DNA of 38,593 bases. Origin: Candidatus Woesearchaeota archaeon (GTDB lineage: Archaea > Nanobdellota > Nanobdellia > Woesearchaeales > DSVV01). Each line of letters begins with the position of its first letter. Position 1 is the stretch's first letter. A program made the translations under genes and the position numbers. Of the stretch, positions 1-8,510 are shown piece by piece. Under the pieces are notes generated by a model that was not told the origin of the DNA, searched no databases, and worked only from the letters and a program-made list of their open reading frames with translations. The DNA lies in the NCBI GenBank assembly GCA_016935125.1, contig JAFGRM010000043.1, forward strand, positions 1-38,593. Direction: 5' to 3'.

Positions 1-112
1 AAACTTGATATAAATACAAGAAAATTAATTTAACTAACTAAAGATTAACTACTTAATGTTAGTTTATTTTACAACAAAAGATTTATATACTAAATATGTT
101 AAAAGATTTTGC

Positions 113-406
113 ATGCATGATTATGAAGGCTTTATCAAACATGGCAACAGGATGCTGATCTACACGTATTCTACCAAGCACCTGCTGAAAAAAGATAAAG
201 TAAGGTTCTATTATGCCCTAAAAGGCAGGGATGGCAAATCTGGAGTCGTAAAGAGCATGAAGATTGTCCACCTTGGAAGGACTGTCCTCATGATCCACGA
301 ACGTTATGATGAAGATATCCAGCAGTTCATGAAAGTATGGAACCTGCCTTACACAAGAAGAAAAGCGGTTGTAGACGAAGAGTTAATGAGAGGTGGTCCT
401 CCATGA
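113..406 (+). CDS. Small basic hypothetical protein, possibly a ferredoxin-like (Cas2/VapD-like) fold
   Basis: ORF with TATA-like TTTATATA at 82-89 upstream of ATG 113 (alternative ATG 152). Its stop overlaps the next start (ATGA 403-406). The fold is only a guess from the alternating beta/alpha pattern. Confidence 0.55.
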   Translation: MHDYEGFIKHGNRMLIYTYSTKHLLKKDKVRFYYALKGRDGKSGVVKSMKIVHLGRTVLMIHERYDEDIQQFMKVWNLPYTRRKAVVDEELMRGGPP

Positions 407-3400
407 AGCCCTCTTACTCCTCCATGAGAGATCATTCCATAACAACTGCAGGAATCATTGTGTTTATCTCAGTTACCCTCATGTTGGTTATCCTTGCATC
501 AGCTTCTGCAATCGCCATACAATACACAGTCTGCAGCACAGGATGCAACTTCACCACCATAACAGAAGGCCTTGATAACATCTCTGGCTCTGCAAACACG
601 CTCCTCATAAACGGGTCTGGATCCTATCAAATGGCAGGCACAACAACATCCCCTGTCAATGCCTCATCCAGCTCAGGCGCTATCGAGATCAGCGCCCATG
701 ATGTTGTCCTCGACTGCAACAACACAAACATCACAGGCAACAGCTCAGGATACGGCATCTATGCCTACGCAAGCAACATAACGATAAGGAACTGCAGGAT
801 CGACAGCTACGCATCAGGCATATTCCTAAATGATGTCAGCGGCAGCTCAAGCATCATCAATGACACCATATCCAGCTGCTCATACGGGATAAGGCTGACG
901 AACACAAACAGCTCAGCCATAGTTAGAAACACAATAAGCTCTGCACTGACAAGGGCGATCCTGTTCAACTCAGCAGTAAACAACAGTGTCATCAGCTCAG
1001 CCATAACATCATCTGCTGGCGATGTTGAATCTGCTGGCAGCGGGACTACAAACAGGCTAATCAACACGACATTCGACTCGACCAAGCTAACATTTTCTGA
1101 GAATGCCAATTTGTATGTAAACTGGTTCGTGACTGCATATATCAATGATTCATATGGCAACCCGGTAAACAACACGACAGTGAACATAACTGACACATAC
1201 TCTTCGGCAGTAAGCCTGCTCACTACAGACGCAGACGGATATACAGAGCAGGTAAACATAAGCCAGTACATGATAAACAATACAGGCAGGCTTTATTTTT
1301 CAAACCATACGTTCCATGCAGACAACGGGACAAGCTCGGCAACAGCAGCAGTGAACATAACAGGATCAATGACAGTGGGGCTGACATTTGATGTGATGGC
1401 AGCTTCTCTGAGCATAAATTACCCGCAGAACAACTCAAACCTCGGAAACGACACAGAATGGGTGATGCTGAACATAACGACAGATGAAGATGCATACTGC
1501 AGGTACAGCAACAGCAGCGAAAGCTTTAACTTCAGCTCAGAAGGACTTTTGTTCACGACAACCGGCGGGCCTGTGCACGGGATAAACTATTCAGGCCTTG
1601 CGCCGAACACCAACTATACTATATATTACAAGTGCAACGACAGCGCAGGAAATATCAACAGCCCGGGCATCATGCACAGGTTCAGCGTCAATATGACACC
1701 TGACACGAGCCTGCCTATAATAAGCAACATCTCGGCCGACAGGACAAACACCACTGCAACAATAATATGGGATACTGACGACATGAGCAACTCGACAGTC
1801 TATTATGGCACAAGCGCATCAGCACTGTCATCCAGCGCATCGAACTCGACCATCACAAGCGCACATTCAGTTACCTTAAGCGGGCTCTCATCAAACACTA
1901 CCTATTACTACAATGTAAGCTCATGCAACGCATTTGGCTACTGCAACACCTCAACCACAGGCAGTTTTACAACGCTTGACCTTACACCGCCAGTAATATC
2001 TGCTGTTAGCACTGCCGCAACATCTATCTATTCCGCAAGGATAACCTGGACCACTGAAGAGGGCGCGACAAGCACTGTCAGGTATGGGACAGCTTCAGGG
2101 ATCTATACTGCAACAGCAAGCAACTCAAGCATGCTTACAAGCCATTCTATGAACATCAGCGGCCTTGCAGCATCAACAACATATTATTACAGGGTGAACA
2201 GCACAGACGCAGACGGCAACAGCATAGAGAGCGGCGAATACAGCTTCTCGACACTTGCCGAGCCAGACTTGACAGCGCCGACAATAACATTTTCCATAAC
2301 AAATATGTCCACAGTCGCAGAGTGGAGAAACATCCTGTTGCAGGTCACGACAAACGAGGCGGCAACATGCATAGTTGACGCACAGAAGCTCGGGATTACT
2401 ACATCAACAGCTGACCTTGCCATGGCTTCATCATCATCGACAGGCTACCTTGTGCATACAAGGTATTTCAATGCAAGCGCTGACTCAGTAGGGATTGACA
2501 ATTATTTCACAGTCAAATGCACAGACTCAAACATGAACTCTGGGACAAACGTAATCTTCTTCAGGCTCTATGACACGACCCTGCCCACTCTTGCATTCAG
2601 TGCTCCCACTCCTCAAGACTCTGGGCACACAAGCAACCAGACACTTGCAGTAAGCGTCACTGCAGGCGAACCCCCTTATACAGGCTACCCAAAGATTAAG
2701 GTGGACAGCGCGGCTGCTGCATCCATGACAGCCGGCAGCGGGCTTGGCTACACATATACATCAGGGACCCAGGCAGAGGGGGACCATACGTTCATAGTCT
2801 CGATGCGCGACGCAAAGGGAAATGAGATAAACTATACAAGGACATATACCATAGATATCACAGAGCCGGAGATCACTGTATACTTTCCAGATGGAAAAAA
2901 GATAAAGAACTGCAACGAAGTCACGCTGAATGTCAGTCTTGATGAAGAGGGAAGCTGCGAATACGAGCTGTTCGAAGACCTTGAGGATGATTATGACGAC
3001 TGCGTAACAGATTGCGACGATGACTATGACGACTGCGTCGAAGATGCCAATGAAGAGGATACGACTGCTGAAAAGACAGCGGCAAAAGCCATATGCACAG
3101 ATGATAAGGAATCATGCGAAGAGACATGTGAAGATGACAGGTATGACAGCAAGAAAACAGGCTCATTGAAGCTTGAATACGGCATCTCTGACTGCTATGA
3201 CAACTGCGACGACCTTGAGGACGACTGCAAGGACGCATGCAGCGACACAAGGTCATTATGCTATGCTTCTGCATCTACAAGCGAGGCAAGGGAAGACTGC
3301 GAGGATGATTATGACGACTGCAAGGATGACTGCAGCGACGACCTGGATGACTGCATAGATGAATGCGACGACGAGGAGGAGTTCAATCTCTTCAAGAGCC

Positions 3401-5082
3401 TTGACACTACCTGCTTCTCAGACGGAAGCTACATGATAACATACTCCTGCCTGGACCTTGCCTTTAACCTGGTAGAGGAGAATGTCTCATTCGAGATCGA
3501 GGACACTACACCGCCTGTCATCCTATCTCAGGAGCCGAACGGCACGACGATTTACAGCTCATCTGCAACCCTCAGGGCATACACAAGCGAGGACTCATTA
3601 TGCAAGTTCTCAGAATCTGACAAGAGCTACGCTTCTATGGAATACTACTTCATCCAGACAGGCACTGCCCACAGCTTTACAATGAATAACCTAAATGACG
3701 GGGATTATACATATTACGTCAGGTGCAATGACACCAGAGGCAACGTGATGGCCTCTTCAGGCGTGATCAGGTTCACAATTGACTCAACTAGCATCTCGAG
3801 CAACCTCGCTGTCAAGTCATTCGCGACAATCGAGGCGAACACCTCTGCCACATTTAAGCCTGACAAGCCAGAGATCGCAATAACTGAGCTTGATATTATT
3901 CTAAACGAGAACGTCAACAACGCAAAGTTCAGCATAAGCAAGGCTGCTGACAGGGGATCTGTCCCTGCACCTGCTGACACGCCCTACCAATACATAAACA
4001 TCGAAAAAGAGGGTGTGATGAACAGCCAGATAAAAAGCATAATAATACAGTTCAAGGTCGACAAGGCCTGGCTCAGCTCAAACAGCCTCAATTCAGAGCA
4101 TATATACCTAAGCAAATACACCACGCAATGGAACGATATACCTACAACACAAGTAAGCGAAGACAGCGCATACTACTATTATGAGGCTGAGGTAAGCGAC
4201 CTGAGCTTCTTTGGCATAATGGCCAAAAAGCCTGTAGAGCAGGCCGCAGATCAGCAGGCAGCTGACAGCACACCTGGGCAGGCAGAAAAGATACCTGTAG
4301 ATGGAGACTCCTCTAATGCAGCAGCTGGAACAGGAGAAGAGAGCAAGGCTCCAGATGTCGAAGAGCCTGTCGAGATCAGCGACAAAGGAGGCTCATCGCT
4401 CCTTATATGGATACTCCTTTTGTGTGTTGTGGTTGTGGGAGGCGGTCTTGCCTTCTATTTTGTCTACATGCATAGACACCCCCAACAAGACTCCTCGGCA
4501 AGTCCGCAGATACAACCAACACGGGATTCTATGGCTGCAGCAGGCACAAGCCCTGTTGCAGCTGTTTCCTCCTCTTCTGAGGACACAGGTGCTTATGGAG
4601 GTTCCCTTTCTTCTGAGGGGCCTGATGAGGTTGCAGCATATATACATGAATCACTAAAGTCTGGCGCAGCCCCTGAGGATGTAAGAAGGATCCTTGTCGA
4701 AGCTGGCCATGATGAGAACAGGATTGACATGCTCTTGGACCAGGTCTCAGCCGACAATGCAGACAATGAGCTGGTGAACTACATCAGCGCATCTCTTGCA
4801 AGAGGACAAAAGCCTGATGATGTAATGAGCACGCTTGTTGATGCAGGCCATGACCCTGCAAACATCAAAGCATTGATGAATCCGCTAACAGAACATTATG
4901 AAAGGCTCTTTTCTGACAAGGAACTTGTAGACTATGTCTATAAGTGCCTGAGTGAAGGGCTTTCTGGCAAAGAGATAGAAAAGCTTCTTGTTGATGCAGG
5001 CCATCCTGCTGAAGACATGAAGATGCTCATAGATAAGGTAAAGAACGAAAGATGGTTTATCCAATCAGGCAGATCAGAATAA
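403..5082 (+). CDS. Giant cell-surface/S-layer-like protein: signal peptide, parallel beta-helix, Fn3/Ig-like repeats, Cys/Asp-rich insert, PGF-pre-PGF domain, TM anchor, repeated cytoplasmic helical domain
   Basis: RBS GAGGTGG and ATGA coupling favour start 403. Hydrophobic N-terminus; LDCNNTNITG/NITIRNC beta-helix motifs; Fn3-like W-TD..STV.YG..H.V.L.GL...T.YYY repeats; YQYINI..IQFKVDKAW..SFFGI (PGF-pre-PGF); TM LLIWILLLCVVVVGGGLAFYFVY; many N-x-S/T sequons. Confidence 0.85.
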   Translation: MKPSYSSMRDHSITTAGIIVFISVTLMLVILASASAIAIQYTVCSTGCNFTTITEGLDNISGSANTLLINGSGSYQMAGTTTSPVNASSSSGAIEISAHDVVLDCNNTNITGNSSGYGIYAYASNITIRNCRIDSYASGIFLNDVSGSSSIINDTISSCSYGIRLTNTNSSAIVRNTISSALTRAILFNSAVNNSVISSAITSSAGDVESAGSGTTNRLINTTFDSTKLTFSENANLYVNWFVTAYINDSYGNPVNNTTVNITDTYSSAVSLLTTDADGYTEQVNISQYMINNTGRLYFSNHTFHADNGTSSATAAVNITGSMTVGLTFDVMAASLSINYPQNNSNLGNDTEWVMLNITTDEDAYCRYSNSSESFNFSSEGLLFTTTGGPVHGINYSGLAPNTNYTIYYKCNDSAGNINSPGIMHRFSVNMTPDTSLPIISNISADRTNTTATIIWDTDDMSNSTVYYGTSASALSSSASNSTITSAHSVTLSGLSSNTTYYYNVSSCNAFGYCNTSTTGSFTTLDLTPPVISAVSTAATSIYSARITWTTEEGATSTVRYGTASGIYTATASNSSMLTSHSMNISGLAASTTYYYRVNSTDADGNSIESGEYSFSTLAEPDLTAPTITFSITNMSTVAEWRNILLQVTTNEAATCIVDAQKLGITTSTADLAMASSSSTGYLVHTRYFNASADSVGIDNYFTVKCTDSNMNSGTNVIFFRLYDTTLPTLAFSAPTPQDSGHTSNQTLAVSVTAGEPPYTGYPKIKVDSAAAASMTAGSGLGYTYTSGTQAEGDHTFIVSMRDAKGNEINYTRTYTIDITEPEITVYFPDGKKIKNCNEVTLNVSLDEEGSCEYELFEDLEDDYDDCVTDCDDDYDDCVEDANEEDTTAEKTAAKAICTDDKESCEETCEDDRYDSKKTGSLKLEYGISDCYDNCDDLEDDCKDACSDTRSLCYASASTSEAREDCEDDYDDCKDDCSDDLDDCIDECDDEEEFNLFKSLDTTCFSDGSYMITYSCLDLAFNLVEENVSFEIEDTTPPVILSQEPNGTTIYSSSATLRAYTSEDSLCKFSESDKSYASMEYYFIQTGTAHSFTMNNLNDGDYTYYVRCNDTRGNVMASSGVIRFTIDSTSISSNLAVKSFATIEANTSATFKPDKPEIAITELDIILNENVNNAKFSISKAADRGSVPAPADTPYQYINIEKEGVMNSQIKSIIIQFKVDKAWLSSNSLNSEHIYLSKYTTQWNDIPTTQVSEDSAYYYYEAEVSDLSFFGIMAKKPVEQAADQQAADSTPGQAEKIPVDGDSSNAAAGTGEESKAPDVEEPVEISDKGGSSLLIWILLLCVVVVGGGLAFYFVYMHRHPQQDSSASPQIQPTRDSMAAAGTSPVAAVSSSSEDTGAYGGSLSSEGPDEVAAYIHESLKSGAAPEDVRRILVEAGHDENRIDMLLDQVSADNADNELVNYISASLARGQKPDDVMSTLVDAGHDPANIKALMNPLTEHYERLFSDKELVDYVYKCLSEGLSGKEIEKLLVDAGHPAEDMKMLIDKVKNERWFIQSGRSE

Positions 5083-5381
5083 GAAAACCAGAATGGAAAA
5101 ACAAGAATAAGAAAACCAAACTGGAAGAACCAGACCAAGAGAGGAAAATAACCTAAGAATCCTCTTAAAATCTTCTTAACCCGCACCTTTGCATCTCTAT
5201 CTATTCTATTATTCTGCCAAACCTTGATTAGGTTAGTGAGGATTAGTGTAGATATTATGTTAGAGAGGACAATAATGATACAGACTGCAACAGACATACA
5301 CTGTTACCTCTAAAGAATGCTACATAAAGTTTTAATAATAATGCAGTTATAATGATTTAAAGTTTTTGTAGTGGTGGTAAT

Positions 5382-6245
5382 ATGGGGCTTTTTGGATTTG
5401 GAAAGAAAAAGAATGAAGAGCAAGCATCTCAGCCAGACAGCAATGTGAATATGCTTGACCCACCTCCAGCGCCTGCAGAGATGGGTACGTTTGGAAAGAT
5501 AGAAGATACAAGATCAGGCATGGATCCTATATTTTCTGAGGTGGAGCAGACAGCAGTAGACAAGCAGTTCCAGACCCCTGAAGAGTTGCCGACAGACTTC
5601 CTGCCAGATGAGATCAGTGTAGAAAATCCAGAGCCTATGCCTGAATCGGATGAGATAAGTAGCAATCAAGCAGCACCACAAGAGCCAGGTCCAGAGCTAG
5701 CTGCACTCCAGAAGGAACCTGCTGCCACACAGCTTGGAGAGCTTAATCAAGAACCATCATCAGCAGGAGCAATTGAAATTGAAGGCAAAGAAGGTACAGC
5801 TGGCGTAGCACAGGCACCAAGAGACATAGAAGCAGTCCAGCTATTCAAAGGGAAAGACCATGGTTACGATGAGCCGGCCATGCCCGGCGAGCTGCCAAAA
5901 TATGAGCCTACCACATCAAACTTTGACATCAAGAACGAGATTATGTCTGAGATCAGGTCAGCAAAAGACTTTGAGAACCATATCCAGAACATCAAGGCAA
6001 CAGTTGACCAGGACAGCTTCAACAGATTCAAAAGAACACCTTATCTAAACTATAACCAGTTCAAGGAGATGGTCAATGTAATCAACTCCATCAGTTCAGA
6101 ATCACAGGTCGGACAGGACGCAATTCTCAGGATCATCGAGATAAATAAGGACATGGATTCCTATTACAGGTCATGGCGTGAAGACCTTGATTATTTTGAG
6201 AAAAAGATAATTAAGCTGGATGGAGTAATATACAAAGGTGATTAG
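5382..6245 (+). CDS. Hypothetical protein: MGLFGFGKKK N-terminus, acidic Pro/Glu-rich linker, C-terminal coiled-coil domain
   Basis: RBS GGTGGT upstream; clean 287-aa ORF; C-terminus resembles the next protein. Confidence 0.8.
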   Translation: MGLFGFGKKKNEEQASQPDSNVNMLDPPPAPAEMGTFGKIEDTRSGMDPIFSEVEQTAVDKQFQTPEELPTDFLPDEISVENPEPMPESDEISSNQAAPQEPGPELAALQKEPAATQLGELNQEPSSAGAIEIEGKEGTAGVAQAPRDIEAVQLFKGKDHGYDEPAMPGELPKYEPTTSNFDIKNEIMSEIRSAKDFENHIQNIKATVDQDSFNRFKRTPYLNYNQFKEMVNVINSISSESQVGQDAILRIIEINKDMDSYYRSWREDLDYFEKKIIKLDGVIYKGD

Positions 6246-6247
6246 AA

Positions 6248-6487
6248 ATGGTCGATTCAGATGTTCATGAACAAGCGGTTTTTGTCAAGATAGATGAATA
6301 CAAAGAAGTTATTGATTTGTTTGAGAAGCTAAGGACTAAACTTGCCCAGGCAAAAGACACACTCAATAAGATTGTTGAACTCAAAAAAGAGGAGCAGACC
6401 GAGATTGACCTATGGAACAACAGCATAAAAGAGATAGAGAAGAAGCTGCATTTCATAGACCAAACACTAGGCGAAACAGAGAATTAA
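6248..6487 (+). CDS. Small coiled-coil hypothetical protein
   Basis: RBS AGGTGA; 2 nt after the upstream stop; VFVKIDEYKEV followed by heptad repeats. Confidence 0.8.
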   Translation: MVDSDVHEQAVFVKIDEYKEVIDLFEKLRTKLAQAKDTLNKIVELKKEEQTEIDLWNNSIKEIEKKLHFIDQTLGETEN

Positions 6488-6501
6488 TGAGGTTTTAGTA
6501 T

Positions 6502-6903
6502 ATGACAAGCCAAAATGAGATCTTTTACGTGCGAATAAGCGACAGCAAAAAAGTCAGGAAGACTCTGCTTGAGGCATCAAGAGAAATTATACTTATCCTG
6601 CAGAGATATGAGATGTTCAAGCGGCTGCGAGAAGCAAAACTAGAACTCATGGAAGACCTGTCAAACCAGTTCAAGGAAATCCATGAGATCACATCAAAGA
6701 TGAAGATAGAGATGCCTAAAGTCAAGTTTGCACATCAGGCTAAAACAAAGAATATCAAACCTGCTCAGGAAAAAGAGGTAATTCCTAAGGCAAAAGCTCC
6801 CAGGGCAAAGAAGCATAATCTTGAGAAGGAAGAGGAAGCTGAACTAAAAAGGCTTGAAGTTGCAATAAATGAAATAGAGAAAAGGCTTGAGAAGATGAAC
6901 TGA
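6502..6903 (+). CDS. Coiled-coil hypothetical protein
   Basis: RBS GAGGT; operon-like spacing; FYVRI strand followed by helices. Confidence 0.8.
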   Translation: MTSQNEIFYVRISDSKKVRKTLLEASREIILILQRYEMFKRLREAKLELMEDLSNQFKEIHEITSKMKIEMPKVKFAHQAKTKNIKPAQEKEVIPKAKAPRAKKHNLEKEEEAELKRLEVAINEIEKRLEKMN

Positions 6904-7033
6904 TTGCTATTTCTTATTTTCTGTTTCTCAATATAATTTTATATATTTATCGATTAGACAGGATTAAAGGTTAACACTTTTCAATAATTTTATAAACTAT
7001 TTGCGGGTTCTGGACTTAACCAAACCTTATCTT

Positions 7034-7174
7034 GCGGGGGTGCCGGAGTGGCCAAACGGGACAGACTCAAGGCATTTGAGTGCAGAGTGCTGCAGGATGC
7101 AGTTCGATGAAGATATCATTTGTGGGCCATCTGTTGGCTTAGTGCCTACGAGGGTTCGAACCCCTTCCCCCGCA
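7034..7174 (+). tRNA. tRNA-Leu(CAA) with a 57-nt intron at 37/38 (7072-7128)
   Basis: Acceptor GCGGGGG/CCCCCGC+A; anticodon stem ACAGA/TCTGT; anticodon CAA 7068-7070; long variable arm; T-arm GAGGGTTCGAACCCCTT; BHB central helix CTCA/TGGG. Confidence 0.95.
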
Positions 7175-7388
7175 CCTTAACCTTTTATTCTAACAGTGCT
7201 CTACACAATATTTGTGTAGTATTCAGTACTCTATACATAATATTCTTGTGGTTCTCTGATAGGCTAAAACAGAAGCAGACTACCTGTCCGAAAAAGGGAA
7301 ACTGAAAACAATGGCAAAAATTGCCGACAGCCAAAAAAAACAGGCATATCCAATACATTTTAATATCAGAATGCTGGATTTTATTATC

Positions 7389-8084
7389 ATGACAATAAAA
7401 GAGAACCTCGATAAGGTATATGACAAGATCAGGGCAGCAGCTGAAAGGTCAGGAAGAAAGGCAGAAGATATAATGCTTGTTGTCGTAACAAAAAGCGCGA
7501 CAGCAGAGCAGGTTGATGAAGCGATTGGCTGCGGAGCAGCTGTTATAGCAGAAAACAGGATTCAGGCAGCAGAAGATAAGTTCAGGTCGCTTGACAGCCT
7601 GACTAAAAAAGGAAAAGCGCCTGCCCCGGAAAAGCACATGATCGGTCACCTGCAGACAAACAAGGTCAAGGCTGCAGTCAGGCTTTTTGACCTTATCCAG
7701 TCTGTAGACAGCATAAGGCTTGCAGAAGAAATCGACAGGAGAGCCAGTGACATAGGCAGGGAGATGCCTGTATTTATCGAGATAAACCTATCAGGCGAAG
7801 AACAGAGGTATGGCATCCGACCAGAGGATCTAGATGCGTTCTACAAGAGCCTATCAAGGCTGAAAAATCTCAAGGTCACTGGCCTTATGGGCATTGCACC
7901 GCACATCCTTCCTGAAAAGACCAGACCGTATTTCAGAAGGATCAAGAAGCTTTTTGACAGGCTCGGGCTAAGATGGCTCTCTATAGGGATGAGCAATGAT
8001 TATGAGATAGCAATAGAAGAAGGCTCTAACATGGTCAGGATAGGGACTGCAATATTTGCTGAACAAGAGAGACAAGCCATGTAA
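7389..8084 (+). CDS. yggS: YggS/PLPBP family pyridoxal-phosphate homeostasis protein
   Basis: Motifs VVTKS, AENRIQ, HMIGHLQTNKVK, IQSVDS, LSIGMSNDYEIAIEEGSNMVRIGTAIF. ATG 7389 fits the family N-terminus (track start 7311). Confidence 0.93.
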   Translation: MTIKENLDKVYDKIRAAAERSGRKAEDIMLVVVTKSATAEQVDEAIGCGAAVIAENRIQAAEDKFRSLDSLTKKGKAPAPEKHMIGHLQTNKVKAAVRLFDLIQSVDSIRLAEEIDRRASDIGREMPVFIEINLSGEEQRYGIRPEDLDAFYKSLSRLKNLKVTGLMGIAPHILPEKTRPYFRRIKKLFDRLGLRWLSIGMSNDYEIAIEEGSNMVRIGTAIFAEQERQAM

Positions 8085-8156
8085 AAACTATCTGGCAGCC
8101 ATCTCCAACATCTAATCTTATACACACAAATTCTTGCATACATATAGAAGAATAAC

Positions 8157-8242
8157 CTAAATACTACTAAACATACACATAAATATTACTAAACATACAC
8201 ATAAATATTACTAAACATACACATAAATACTACTACACATAC
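8157..8242. repeat. Intergenic tandem repeat, 22-bp unit ACTAAACATACACATAAATA(T/C)T, about 3.5 copies
   Basis: Directly visible head-to-tail copies with no spacers. Confidence 0.85.
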
Positions 8243-8318
8243 AATAGAAATGAGTATTCCAATATAGACTTTGGACTTCCAATATACTTTTAAAAGCATA
8301 TCAAAAAGATAGTTGCCT

Positions 8319-8480
8319 ATGAAAGACGAAAATGAAAAATTTGTAAATTTTATGCTTGACAGCGCAAAAAAGAAATTTGATCCTATGCCTCCTGAGAAAA
8401 GACGCGAGCTCACTGATGAAGAGCAGGAAAACGTCGACAATTTCCTAAAGGACCTCAAGCGTGGAATAATAAACAGGTGA
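8319..8480 (+). CDS. Small 53-aa hypothetical protein MKDENEKFVNFMLDSAKKKFDPMPPEKRRELTDEEQENVDNFLKDLKRGIINR (not in ORF track)
   Basis: ATG 8319 to TGA 8480; TATA-like TTTTAAAA about 25 nt upstream; protein-like charged helical composition. Confidence 0.6.
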   Translation: MKDENEKFVNFMLDSAKKKFDPMPPEKRRELTDEEQENVDNFLKDLKRGIINR

Positions 8481-8510
8481 TTCATGAGCAAATGCTCACA
8501 TATGGTCTTC

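Noticed and set aside
337-402. Track start of the giant protein at 337, and extended starts at 31066 and 27199
   Set aside because: They overlap upstream genes; coupled or RBS-supported starts exist at 403, 31168 and 27136.
807-4657. Many short antisense or alternate-frame ORFs inside long genes here and across the window
   Set aside because: Fully nested in well-supported CDSs and lacking recognisable motifs.
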